Below, piece after piece: positions 12,634-25,211 of a stretch of DNA of 64,000 bases. The stretch is taken from positions 257,300,001 to 257,364,000 of the forward strand of contig CM097883.1 of the NCBI GenBank assembly GCA_044892505.1, in the 5' to 3' direction. The notes under the pieces were generated by a model. It did not search any database and was not told where the DNA came from. It saw nothing but the letters and a program-made list of their open reading frames with translations. Positions within the stretch are counted from its first letter, which is position 1; every line of letters begins with the position of its first letter. The position numbers and the translations under genes were made by a program. This DNA is from Schmidtea nova (Eukaryota).

Positions 12634-15425
12634 TGGCGTTGCAAATAATCACAATTAATGTGGATGGGAGAGAGGCAAATGCTTTGATTGATTCCGGATG
12701 CTGAAGATCTGTTGTTTTGGCTTCGTTGGTAAGCAAGCAGTTGAGAAGAACGGAAGAGGTGATGATAGCAAATGGAACCTCTGTGTCTTGTTATTGTGAT
12801 ATATTGGTAAACTTGGTGATTAGAGGTATAGATTTACGAGTAAATTGTCTGGCTCTCGAAAAATTACCTTACGATATTGAGATGATCCTGGGCATGGATA
12901 TTATTGAAAGATTAGAGGGTGTCCTGATTAGTACAGATAGAGTCGTTTTTTCGAAAGAGAAGATATGTGTGCTGAGTGATAAATGTGTCACTAGGGCAAG
13001 TTCTTCTCCGAACGTCATTAATATTATAGACGAAGATTTCGAAGCTAGATTCGACAAGAAATGGGTCGTCAAATGGAAATGGAAGTCTGGACCAGCGATA
13101 TTGTGGAACAAAATTGCTTGTTATAAGATGGCAAAACGATATTCAAGCAACGTTTGATGCAGAGATGAGGCGTTGGATAGAAGAAGGATGGCTTGTAGCG
13201 GCCGAATCAAGCGTCGGTGGTACGATTCCAATAATGGCAGTGGATCAGTCGAACAAGAATAAAGTTCGACCGGTTATGGATTTCCGAGAATTGAATAAGT
13301 TCGTCAAGAGTCACACTAGGCAAAGTGACGTGTGTGGAGAGTGCGAAAGATGTGTAGAGATGTGATTATGCTCGACTTAAAGAATGCTTATTTACAGTTG
13401 CATGTCGATGAAGAATGTTGGAAGTATAAAAAAGGTATGCTATGACGATAAGTTTTACTATTTGACTAGACTGGGATTCGGGTTGAATGTAGCCCCAAAG
13501 ATTATGTCTAGTGTTTTGAAAAAGGTGTTGAGTTTACGAAGTGACATTGCTGAAGCGACAGATAGTTATATAGACGACATAATAGTAGACCAGTCATTAG
13601 TTTGCATCTCAAATGTTATAAATCATTTGCAGAAATATGAGTTAGAAGTGAAAGATCCAGAGAATTTCGATGATGCAAGAGTTTTAGGATTGCAAATAAC
13701 AATGCGTAACATGGATCGGATTTGGACAAGAGGTAATGAGCTTCCTGTCTTGAAGAGTGGGCAGGAAGTGTCGAGACGTCAATTATTTTCAATTTGTGGT
13801 CAATTGCTCGGTCACTATCCAGTAGCAAATTGGTTGCGAGTTGCGTGTGGTTTCATAAAACGTCACAGTAGTGGAGAAAAATTGGATGATAAAATTGGGC
13901 ATATTGCGCAAAAGATGTTAACTGACACTATTGATCGTGTTTCCAAAGACGACCCGGTGCGTGGCGAATGGCATGTGTCAGAACAACTTAACGGTGTAGT
14001 ATGGTGTGACGCAAGTAGTTTGGCCTTGGGTGTTTGTTTGGAAATTGGAGGTCATGTAGTTGAAGATGCTTCCTGGTTGAGGAAGAAGATTGATGTATGT
14101 CATATGAATGTAGCGGAGTTAGATGCCGTTATTAAAGGCTCAAATATAAGCCTAGCTTGGGGCCTAAAAGATATCTTAATAAAAACTGATTCAGCTACTG
14201 TGAAAAGTTGGGTTACCTCTATATTTTCCCTACAAGAAAGAGTACGTACACACGGAATATCAGAAATGTTAATTCAGCGGAGATTACAGATAATCAAGGA
14301 GTTGCAAGATAGATTCAATTTAGCTCTTTCGATAGAGTTAGTCTCTACATAGAGGAATAAAGCGGATATACTAACGAGAGTACCTAAGACGTGGTTGTAC
14401 TTGGTAAAGGCTGTAACATCTGTAGTATTTATAAGAATGGATGACTTAGTAAAGTCTCACAATGCTCATCATTTAGGCGTTGAAAAAACGTTGCATCTTG
14501 CTAAGAGAAAATTCCCAAATATTACTAAGAAAGACGTGTAAGATGTCATTAGCAAATGTGTAGAATGCAGATCTATTGATCCAGCACCGGTTACATGGAA
14601 GCACGGGAAGCTTGATGTCGAGGAAATTTGGAAGAGGATCGCGATTGACGTGACTCGCTATAAGGATAAAAGGTATTTAACAATTATCGATTGTGGACCG
14701 AGTTGGTTTGCAATTTGGAGGGAGATAGCTATCGAGGAAGTTGGAGTCATAATTCGAAATTTTGAGCAGATATTTAAGGAAAGAGGTTCACCACTAGAAA
14801 TACTCGTAGATATCGCTACATCCTTTCTATCTGGAGCGATGGATTCGATGTGCAAGAAGGGGGGGTTAGGCGCATGTTCAGATGTGCATATCGACCTGCT
14901 GGAAATGGGATAATCGAGCGTAACCATAGAACGATTAAGCGTATGGCAGCACGGTCTGGCGGAGAACCATTGGATATGGTTTATTGGTACAATGTGGCGT
15001 TAAGAGACGATGTTGATGACGATTTGTCTCATTCCGACCTAACGTTCAATTACGTATGGAGACACCCAGATGAAGCGGAACATGTCTTGACGGATCCAGC
15101 AGGCGGGTTTACTGTGGGAGAGGCGGTTTTTGTAAAACCTCCTGATGCAAGATATACTTCTCGGTGGAATGAAGGAAGAGTGACAAAAGTAAATTCATCT
15201 ACAAATTTTGAGATTGACGGTATGCCTCGTCATTTTTCCGACATAAGAAAAAAAGAGAATTCCACAGAGGACGAATTACAAATGCAAGACACTACTAAGG
15301 TCGCAGAGTTAGAAGTTGACGATTCAGTGCGTAGAAGTATAAGAGTACGAAATCCGCCACGTTACTTGGATGACTATAAACTGACGAGCAATATTGATGA
15401 CGACATCACGGGGAGATGTATTTAA
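12633..15425 (+). pseudogene. pol: pol (aspartic protease, RT, RNase H, integrase) with stops and frameshifts
   Basis: ALIDSG; RPVMDFRELN; LDLKNAY; TRLGFGLNVAP; YIDD; CDAS...NVAELDAV...TDS; HHCC zinc finger; IAIDVT...IIDCG...NGIIERNHRTIK. Confidence 0.9.
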
Positions 15426-16385
15426 TTTAATTATTATTTAATTTAATTTCAATTGTTTTAATTGGCAGTTAATGTTATAGATTAAATATTCAAAAACTTG
15501 TTAATTATTTTTACTACAATAAGATTCCAAAGAAAAAATAACACCGATTTCGAGAATAGATGAAGATAGATTGGCGAATAATTGTAGTTTAATAAGTGTT
15601 CATGATGTCAGTCTTTAGTGTTTTGGCTTTAAATTTTGATTCGTCTTTTGTAGTTTTTTGAATTTTTTTAAAAAGAAATATTTGACTTTGACCTTTGACC
15701 TTTGTACTTGAAATAAATTTTTAGTATTGTATCATCGAATATATAATCATAAATTTTTTGAGGTCGTCGAAAGAAAATTAAAGAATAGATAAAGATTTTA
15801 TGGTGGTTGCAATAAAATTGATGGTCACTTTATTTTGGTTATGACTAATCGATTATGTAAGTTTTTTTTGTTCGGGAGTCCACACTTATCCCTACTCTCA
15901 TATACCAAAAACTGCTTTTAAAGTAATGGTTCTCACCAATAGAGATTCTCTGGATAAGTTTGGAGATAATCATAAAAGAAGTTCGAATATTAAAATTAAA
16001 ACAAAGAAAATTAATTTATAAAAAGATGGCAAATGTATGTTACTAAATAATGCTTCAATAGGTGCATCTTCGTATAATACAGTATCGATAAATTAAGAGG
16101 AAAGGTTCTGATTTTTGAGGACAAGATCAGTTTCAAAAACATGATTTAATGCTTATAATGTAAAATATGGACACACGAGGTTTGTGGAGAATATCAAAAA
16201 CCTTAAAACTTTATTACTATCCTAATATACTTGATTTTTTCATAAATTTGCAAGTTCTTAAGTATTCAGGTTATATTACTTCAAAACCTAAAAAAGGTAC
16301 GATTTTGGAAACCAACCCCTTCAAATTACTACTACTGTTTTCCAAAATTGTACCTTTGGGTAAATTTCAAGGAGCGTGTATGTAA

Positions 16386-16442
16386 ACAAGAAACTTTTAC
16401 AAATGCATTGACTCAGTCAATGCATTTGTAAAAGTTTCTTGT
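16386..16442. repeat. Perfect palindrome, 28-bp arms, 1-nt spacer
   Basis: ACAAGAAACTTTTACAAATGCATTGACT-C-AGTCAATGCATTTGTAAAAGTTTCTTGT. Confidence 0.95.
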
Positions 16443-17334
16443 CGATTTGACTGTTTCAAATTGTTTAAATAAAATTTTTGGGGTTTAATAAAATAAGTTA
16501 AAATTCGAAAATAAAAAGCACAAAAACTTGATAGAAATTAATAAAAAAAGTATAAAATCTTAAAAGTAATAATTAAACCATGAAAATTAATGAAAATTTA
16601 GAAAATTAAAAAATATAGATTTAACGGATGAAATTGTTATGGGTGTATGCTGAATCGTGAGACGAATCCAAAAATGATAAAATAAAATTAAGGGGGGAGG
16701 GTTCCCCAGAAGAAAAGAATTTAAAATTTAATAAAGTAATTAAAAATTAATAGGCTAATGGAGAAACTGAGTAGCGTGGGAAGCCCGGATGATCAGCGAA
16801 ACATTTCATTATCTCCGAGTAAATTGGTTGTAAAGAATATCCGAAAACTAAATTGATGGAAGGGTAGTTTACAATTTCGTTATTAATAAATTAAATTAGG
16901 AAGTGTCAAATTGAGAGACGCCGCCGGACAGCTTGATCGGATAAGGAAAACCCATTTAACTGGGCTATATAAAAAGAAAGACAAATCCAAAATTTGCCAA
17001 AGTGTTTGAATAGAAAAAGTGAGTAAATAATTTCTAAGACGAAAGTTCGAGAATGTTTAGGAATTACAATCAAATTGATTCTTATTGGCGTATATTTAAA
17101 AGGAAATTTTCCTTTGGGAGACGTATACAGTCTTTATCAAATGTGTATTACTCAACATTTCTCTTTGTTAGTGTATGTTTTATTAATTGAGTTTTATTTT
17201 TAATTTATTTAAAGTTTTAATTATTGGGTGATTAGGCGTTTTCCTAAACGAATTTTTTTCTAAAGATAGAGTTATCATCAGAGGAAGGATGAGTCAAGAA
17301 GATAGTAGTAAACCCTTCGTCTACAAGTCTGACC

Positions 17335-17430
17335 TTTGCGATAAAGACTGTGTCGAAATATTGTGTACTTGTTTAAAGAAATTTTGATCTATAGTCTTAC
17401 CATTATGGGAATTATTGATATTAATATTAT
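17335..17430 (+). repeat. Diverged copy of the hammerhead-bearing short element
   Basis: GATAAAGACTGTGTCGAAATATTGTGT...TTTTGATCTATAGTC. Stem II reads GAC/GTC (compensatory to GGC/GCC); the first core positions and stem I are degenerate. Confidence 0.7.
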
Positions 17431-18377
17431 AAAAGATCAAAAGTGAAACAAAAAGATAATTATGTTAATATTAATTGTGCTTTTATTGTGCTTTTATTTT
17501 GCTTTTATTTTGCTTATTTATGGCTTTAATACTTGTCCCGACACATTTGATGAGAGTGGTTCAAATATTTTGATATTTGATGTCGTTTTGCAGTTAATTA
17601 ATATGATTCTGGGTCTGGTCTAAAAGTCACTTGGCTCGATTCTGAGTGGAATCAGGATTATTGCATGGTACTGACGAGAGTCAAACACGTCAACCATTAA
17701 AAGTCGCTTTGAATATCACTTGTAAAAAACGTTATAACAAATTTAAAATAACTCTTGAAAATAAAAGAAGAAAAAGGAAGTGCTAAAACTTTATATTAAA
17801 TAGGGAAATTATTTAATCTATTGTCTGAAAAACAATGAAAAATAACAAAATTGAAAGATCAACGGTAAACAAAATTGATAATTTTAATGGTAATAAAATA
17901 TATAGCTATTCAGATAAATACATTTTAGTATAATAATTATAAATTTTTATGTGTTTAATTCGAAAAAAATTAAAGTATATAAATAAATAAATAAAAATAA
18001 GGTTAAAAGTATACATTTTGATTGTCAAATAATGTCAAAAGATTAAATTTAAAATTTAAATTAAAACAAAAAAAATTGTTTAATTAATGGCTTATGTATG
18101 TTGAAGATTTGGAAAAAATCTAAAAAACGAAAGTTGTAAATTTTTAAAGAAAAATAAATGTATTTTAATGTTGGCTTATTCAATAGTAGAATAAAAAGAC
18201 AAATTGCTACTGAGTATGTACGTCAATCCACAAAGTTGACTGAATATTTTCGATCAAGCGGCGGGTCACTGTGACTAGTTTTGTTACTTTTTCCTATGTG
18301 ACTAATTGAGGATTAACAGACAATTAGTATTTGGAGTTTTAAATAAATTTTGCAATTCATCTGAAAACCCTATCAAA

Positions 18378-19103
18378 TAAGGTGACCATTTATATTTTTT
18401 TCTAAACGCGTACATTATAAAAATGAACTTTAATTTTTACCAAATAAACAAAAAAAGTTATTTTATTTCAATAAAATACTGATTCAAATCACATTTCAAG
18501 TACATATAAATTATATGTACTTGAAATGTGATTTGAATTCTTCTTTTATTTGTAAGATGAAGGGAAATTCCGTCTTCAATTTTTCATTAAATGTATTTAA
18601 TCGTCTCTTTTTAAATTTCTCTCTCATTTTATCTGCAACAAAAAATATTATTTATTAATGTACTTTTTTATCTTAAATTTTCATAAAAATTTCTCAAAAA
18701 ATAGAATATCGTCATACTTATAAAGCATATGCTAAAGTTATTTCAGCGTATACATTTCTATGCTATGTTGTAAAGCGATTTATTTATAGATTATAGATAA
18801 AAAAAACTTCCGCTGTATAGCCGCTATGAAAATTGGATACACATTCAGTAAAACAATATAGTATTCTATGCTTCAGTATATAAAAATGGGCGAATTGACC
18901 TGTGGGAAAATGCATACTTGTAAGCTGCATGGGTTTGTTTGCCCTTATTCAACAGTTATTCCAAATTTGAGAAAATATTTTTAAAAAATTTAAAATTTGT
19001 TTATTTTTTGAAAACGCGTACATTTCGCGAACAGTTTTCATACGCGTACAGTGGGTTGAAAACGCTTACTGTACGTGGTAAACGCTTACAAATGGTCACC
19101 TTA
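18378..19103. mobile_element. hAT-type MITE
   Basis: TIR TAAGGTGACCATTT / AAATGGTCACCTTA; exact 8-bp TSD CTATCAAA; subterminal ACGCGTAC repeats. Confidence 0.9.
18482..18538. repeat. Perfect palindrome, 28-bp arms, 1-nt spacer (inside the hAT MITE)
   Basis: ATTCAAATCACATTTCAAGTACATATAA-A-TTATATGTACTTGAAATGTGATTTGAAT. Confidence 0.95.
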
Positions 19104-19283
19104 CTATCAAATGTTTGGAATTTACTCACGTAAGCATGAATGTTGGTTTTATGGAGATGGTCAGAAACATTTTCGAGCACGTCTAATTGTATATTGAAAT
19201 TAAATTTAAAAATTTTTCAAAATTAAAATTAAATTAAAAAATATTATAAATGAAAAAAAATCAGCTTTTGAATATTTTATTTA

Positions 19284-20243
19284 TTAAAAAGTTGAAACAA
19301 ATTTTGCTTTCTTTCCGAGATTTTTGATTCCAATCGGTGATTTTTTAAAAATTATTATCAACTTTCTAAACCGCTTAAACAACACTAAATGTGACAATGG
19401 AGTTATAAATGTAACAGTTGCTAATAAATCGTTTAAGTAGTAATAAAAACAAATAACGTCAAAAGCAACAAGATCAAAATTATGTAACACATATCCGATC
19501 ATTTCAATTAATAATGTAAAACTGTAAAAAACGGTTGATATCAAAGTTATGAGTGAATATTTATAAAACACCAAACTTCTTTTCTTTACAATTCTCAAAT
19601 CTTGTGCAATCATAGAATTCTTGGAGTTTTTGTAGAGATCTCTAGCGGAAAATATTCCAAATATTGTTAGAGTGAATATTGGAATGGAATAGAAAGGGAT
19701 GATGTTGAAAAAGAGGCTTACGTTAGTAGACCGCCACCAGCATGAATATGAAACAGTTTCATTAAAATAATTCATTTCGACCCCATAATCAAATATTACA
19801 GAAAATATCTCAATGAAAAAGGAAAAAATCAAAACCATTATTACTAGCATCAAATTAATATTTCTACTAATGCATTTGTACTTCAACGGATAAACAATGC
19901 AAACGAACTGGTCAAACGCCGACAAAATCATCATATAAATATTAATGGTGAGAAATAAATAAAATAATTGCAAATCATACCAAATGTAGCAATGGAACAT
20001 TGCATAAATATAATTGCTGATTTCCGATTCTTTTAAAAAATTCATAAAATATAAAACTAAAACTACCAAGCAGACAAACGTTCTCGTTTTGTTCATAACC
20101 GTCGCATTGTGCGAGGAAATTTTATACTGAAATAGAAATATCAACAGTGATAAATTCAGGATAAAATAAAAACAAATTAGTGCACTTCTGAAACTAAAGA
20201 ATAAAACACTATCAAGACAAAAATCACCGAGGACGAATTTCAT
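19284..20243 (-). CDS. Divergent class A (rhodopsin-like) GPCR, single exon, 319 aa
   Basis: Intact ATG..TAA with about seven hydrophobic segments. TM3 end SAFDQFVCIVYPLKY aligns to the DRY..I..PL motif, TM3 and ECL2 cysteines are present, and there is a helix-8-like KRFRK. Confidence 0.85.
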   Translation of the reverse strand: MKFVLGDFCLDSVLFFSFRSALICFYFILNLSLLIFLFQYKISSHNATVMNKTRTFVCLVVLVLYFMNFLKESEISNYIYAMFHCYIWYDLQLFYLFLTINIYMMILSAFDQFVCIVYPLKYKCISRNINLMLVIMVLIFSFFIEIFSVIFDYGVEMNYFNETVSYSCWWRSTNVSLFFNIIPFYSIPIFTLTIFGIFSARDLYKNSKNSMIAQDLRIVKKRSLVFYKYSLITLISTVFYSFTLLIEMIGYVLHNFDLVAFDVICFYYYLNDLLATVTFITPLSHLVLFKRFRKLIIIFKKSPIGIKNLGKKAKFVSTF

Positions 20244-23234
20244 TCTCCCACTTACATGTGGAGTCGTGCTGTCCGCAACGACAGTTATATCCCAATGGCA
20301 ATTCCCAATTATCTGTAATTGGCTACTTGATTTTCGATAAAAGGAAAATATTCATCATTTAGTAAAGGATTCTCATGTTTTTCTTTTAATTAACAGAAAG
20401 CTTTTTGAATTCACAATGGAAATATAATTTCTGAAATTAATTATGATAAACATCGGTTAGAAAGAAAATTGTCTCGAATTCATTTGATTGCTGAGAACAA
20501 ATGGGAACTCTTTTTCTATCGGTAATTAAAAACATTTTTGCAGTTTCATGAGATGAAACTCATTTTCTACAACAGTTGATAATTATTGCAAAAATGTTCT
20601 CATTATTGCAACTTTTTTTCAGGAAAAAACACATAAAATCGTTTTAAAGAAACTGACATCATACTAACTTTTAAGACGCCAGCACTTTTATTCGTAATGT
20701 TGAGTTATTGGGTTGGTAGTGAAGTTTAAACGTCACCAATCAAATTTCTGACTCCGAATTCAAGCTTTATTAATCAATAGAACAACAATTATAACAGGAA
20801 TATTTATTGATATCACAACTGGTTTCACAATTAGACTGGCACACTCAATCAATAACCTGAGGCAATTATACAGTGCTTATTACAACACTTATGTAAGGAC
20901 TAGCACTCATGTATAACCTCTGTCTAACGATTATCGAACACTGATTTAGATTTAATAATGGGTAACCAACTACTTGTTTTCTTTGCTTTGACTTGAAATT
21001 CGGCTTAAAAACCATTCAATAGATTTCTCAATAATCAATTTCTCAATAAACTTCTCTCAATCAATTTCTTAATAATTTTTTTGTCATAAAACTTCTGTTG
21101 CGAATTCTCGTCATAATAATTCTCCACAAACTTTTGTCTAAAGCTGGTGTCTTTCCCTTTTTACAGTTTGCCATTCTCCTGCCCTTGTGATGATTTGCTT
21201 TTTTCCTCATTCCTGCCTCTGACATTGCCCCTTTTCATTTTTAGCTCCGGTGTTACTTATAGCCATCCGGTACTCGGGATAATTTGCTTTTTCCCTTTTT
21301 ATCACTGGCATTTCCCAAATTTTTCACAGTTTCCGTGTTATCTTAGACAGCTGTCAAGATACCGATTTTGTTTTCATTTTTTGTTTTTTTGTTTTCGAAT
21401 TTTGAAATTCAATTTTGTTTTTTTGAACTTATTAATTATAAGTGACCTTACTCTGTTTTATTATTTTATTTCTTTTATTTTGTTACCCTTTACTCATTTC
21501 TCAAATCTTTGCTTTTCCGTTTTCTTCTACAAGTTCCGGAATGCTAGCTCAATCACCTATCGGTTTTCCCCCAATTTATTCTAGTTATTTATAATATTAT
21601 TTATTATTTAGGTATCCTCAACAGTATACATTATGTGATCTTGCTTTATTAAGTTCTGTTAACAATCTACAGATTTATTTATAAATTAATTTTTTCTCAT
21701 AATTAAAGTAAATTAAAAAGTTAAAAAATAAATCTACAAATCGTTATAAGATTTTTAATATCGTAGAGTATACGAAAAAGTGCGGATGTGTTCAAGGTTA
21801 GTATGATGTCAATTCTTTTAATATATAATATACTTTGTGACATTATTTAGATTTTTGAATAAAAAACTACTTTAAGAGAATATACCAAGACAAATAAAAT
21901 AAAATATCCAAATTGATAGAGGAGGTCTCCATAACGCTATATATATTTTATGTAAATATATACAACTTAGAAAGATACAACGTTTCTCTTTCTTTTGTTT
22001 GTATTCTTAATCATGGGTAACAAATAAAATATTATAAAATAAACAACAAAAAAGCATCGATTTTTTAAAATTATAAATTAAATCGATAATAATTATATAT
22101 TTGTCTAAACTTTCCGGTTAAAATGGTGACCGGTTAAACGGGTTTATACTGCATTTGTTTTTGTATTCATTATTTATCAAAGTCACATAGCCTGTGAAGT
22201 TTCCGCAGTGTGTTTTGATCACTTTATCTATAAACCACAAATAAATAAATAAATTCCCAAAATAGAAATAATATCAGTATTAAATTACTAATTAGAAAAA
22301 TACCATAATATAATAAATTAGAAATAAATATTATTTATTTTGACATTTAATAGTCATACATAAGGTTGAGACTAAAAAACCCAAGAAAATCCTGTTGCCT
22401 ACATTTCGACAGTAGGGTCGAGACAGTAGATGAGTATAAAAACCAAATGTTGTAAAGAAGGATGTGATGTTTAAGAAAGATGAAAAAAGAAAAGTGGAGT
22501 ACAGAAAATGGAGTACAAAAAATGGAGTACGATTGAAATAAATACATTTTATGTAGAGATGCTATGGGATTCAGGAGATTCAATCAGGGTAATGAGTGAG
22601 AAATGTTGGAGATTGATAGGCAGTCCAACATTAATGATAAGCAAAATACGATTGAGTGCAGTATTTTCAAAAGAAGACGAGAAATTTCTCGGAAGCGTTA
22701 AAATCGTTGCAAAATGGAACAACCAATGTCGATAATTGAATGTTATTATTGTCAGAAAAATTCATCCAGATGTTGAGATTTACAGAATCTCAACTTGATT
22801 ATTTTATGTAAATAAATAAATCAACACTGGTTCAACAAATTTTATTTAATCAAAATAAATATAACAATTAATCAAATAAATAATATTACATCCACCAGTT
22901 TAATTATCTTTGTTTTTGTGTTTTATATGTTATAAATGTGATGTGTAGAGCTGAATGAGGCTCAGAGCTCAAACTACTGTATGCTCGATTTTAAATTTAC
23001 AATAGCTGATAACAACTATGAATTTCTTCTTAATCTAAGATTTTATGGGTGATAACTGAGAATTCACTCAGTTTATATAGTGAATTTTGGTTGATCTTCA
23101 TTTTAATTGAAAAGGGTTGTTATTTGTCAATAATGTCTGTTTTTAATCAACAATTTTTCTATTTTTAAAAGTTCAAAACAACAATTACTATATTTAGATT
23201 CTAAATATAGTAATTGTTCACTAGGAATGGATTT

Positions 23235-23975
23235 TATCGATTTATATCTTTGATCTTCTGTATTTAAGCTTCATTGATGATCATTCGGATTTAGGTTATT
23301 TTTACTGATTTATTTAACACATTTTGTAGGGTATCGGTATTAGCTTTAGAATCGGCATTTTGACATTAACAAATATTTGATGCATTGATTTAAAAAAAAT
23401 ACATATTAATACATAATAGTATTAGAGATAACTTATAAGAAAATTTATATGATTCATGATGTATTGAAAAAATATAAAATGAGTTTGGGGCAAAAATACA
23501 CAACAAAAAAAAATATTCAACAAAAGATATATGACAAAATGATTAAAAAAATATTATTTCTAAAAATTATACATACAAAATATAATTTGAAAAAGAATTA
23601 TTTAGGAAAAATTATATCTAAAAATTTTTAGTGGTGAACTGTGTCTTTGGCGCTGTGTCTTCACTTCTCCCTAAATTTAGAATCAACCTGTTCCCAGCAT
23701 CTTTGGGTTGAAAATGTATTAACTTATACTAGGATGACATCTATGCATCATGAATCATATAAATTTTCTTATAAGTTATCTCTAATACTATTATTTATTA
23801 ATATGTATTTTTTTATTTAAATCAATGCATAAAATATTTGTTAATGTCAAAATGCCGATCCTAAAGCTAATACCGATACCCCACAAAATTTGTTAAATAA
23901 ATCAGTACAAATAACTGAAATCCAAATGATCATCAATGAAGCTTATATACAAAATATTAAAGATACAAATCGATA
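23235..23975. repeat. Imperfect inverted repeat (~230-bp arms 23235-23462 and 23748-23975, ~285-bp spacer)
   Basis: For example GGGTATCGGTATTAGCTTTAGAATCGGCATTTTGACATTAACAAATATT vs its reverse complement at ~23835-23882; roughly 90% identity by eye. Confidence 0.9.
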
Positions 23976-24322
23976 TCATGGGCGAAATGCCACATAATTT
24001 AGAGAAGACTGACATGCGTCACATACTTTTCTGTGCTCGAGTGTTAGGGCATTTTCAGTGTATGATTATGGACTTCGCCTTCAGTCATACTGTTGTTTAT
24101 AAGAATGGGAATATTTATAAAATATTCTTAAAAAAATATTTTAAAAAACTATATAATTTTTTAAGATTTTTTAAGATTAATTTATTTAAATTAAAAAAAA
24201 ATAATTTTATAATTTTATATGTTTTGGCTATTTTATTAAATTATAATATACATTTTTTAAAAGATTATGATAATTTTTTTGAAAATTGATTTATTTGATT
24301 TATATTGGAATGGTTGACTAAA

Positions 24323-24363
24323 GCACCTGATGATGAGAAGAAAGTTCTCGAAATATATTGTGC
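24323..24363 (+). ncRNA. Minimal type I hammerhead ribozyme motif, canonical core
   Basis: GCAC-CTGATGA-T-GAGAA GAAAG TTCTC-GAAA-TATAT-T-GTGC: stem I GCAC/GTGC, 5-bp stem II, palindromic helix III AATATATT, AUU triplet. Confidence 0.8.
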
Positions 24364-24995
24364 AAAATATATATTTGGATTGGCGATTTTTTATTTAAAA
24401 TACAATTTAAGAACAATATTTAAAATCGAAATTGAAAATATATTTGATGAAAATATATGTGTTTTAATATTCGAATGCAGACGAAAACACGGAAATTGTA
24501 ATTTTAATTAATCAAAATAAGAGTATTTATAACTTGCTTTTAGAATTTCAGAATTCGATAAAAAAATTAGATTTGATCTAACAAAAATTAGTATTCTCAT
24601 TTGGGAAAATATTTCTAGCATTTTAATTTTTTATTCAAATTTATACAGGAAGAGGCAATACTTTGGAATTAGTTTTATTAAACGTTTTCAGAAAAAATAA
24701 TTTTATCTTCGCGCTTTTGCAATATAACAGTGATATTCTATCCGAAAGAATTAAGGTAAATGGAATCCTGAATAACATATCAAAGGTGGAAATATTGAAT
24801 ATTTTAATAATACACAGAAACTCAATCAATAGATAAATATCAAAAATGTCTATTATAGAATAATACACACATCAATATTAAATAATCACATCATTTATGG
24901 AAATAGATATTAATTATCATAATTATCGTTTGGTTTCACCTTTGACCTATTTATTTATTGATTAATTATTGATTTAAATATTAATTATTGGCATA

Positions 24996-25211
24996 CCGTA
25001 TTTGCCGGTGTATAAGACCCCCTCGTGTTAGTTCGTGTTTTGAACATTGTATCCATTTGCACCACTCTTCTCGCATTGCCAATTTGAAAGGTTTATTAAT
25101 CCAAACCGTTGTTGAAACTTGTTTTTTTTTGCATCCGTTGTATAAGACCCCCTAGATTTTTCATCACTGAATATATGTAAAAAAGGGGGTCTTATACACC
25201 GGCAAATACGG
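24996..25211. mobile_element. Tc1/mariner-pogo-type MITE (216 bp)
   Basis: 27-bp TIR CCGTATTTGCCGGTGTATAAGACCCCC, flanked by TA on both sides. Confidence 0.9.

Larger units (their letters stand above)
11834..15518 (+). mobile_element. Compact LTR retrotransposon copy 1 (Ty3/Gypsy domain order), 3685 bp, defective
   Basis: 102-bp TG..CA LTRs at 11834-11935 and 15417-15518 (5 mismatches); TSD ATAAG; GGGGAGA polypurine tract; gag-PR-RT-RH-IN. Confidence 0.95.
23235..24480 (+). mobile_element. Decayed Penelope-like retroelement fragment (inverted 5' segment, possible GIY-YIG remnant, hammerhead)
   Basis: LIYKILKIQIDIMGEMPHNLEKTDMRH weakly fits the GIY-YIG pattern VYKI-x-YIGET-x-L-x-R-x-EH. A canonical minimal hammerhead lies downstream and an inverted duplication upstream. 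Confidence 0.45.

Noticed and set aside
15870-16000. WFSPIEILW resembling the Tc1/IS630 NPIE.LW motif
   Set aside because: Too short and degenerate; no TIRs located.
21147-21584. 145-aa F/L-rich ORF and similar hydrophobic ORFs (1597-1833, 5997-6215, 6648-6968, 43568-43816)
   Set aside because: Expected by chance from T-rich low-complexity DNA; no motifs.
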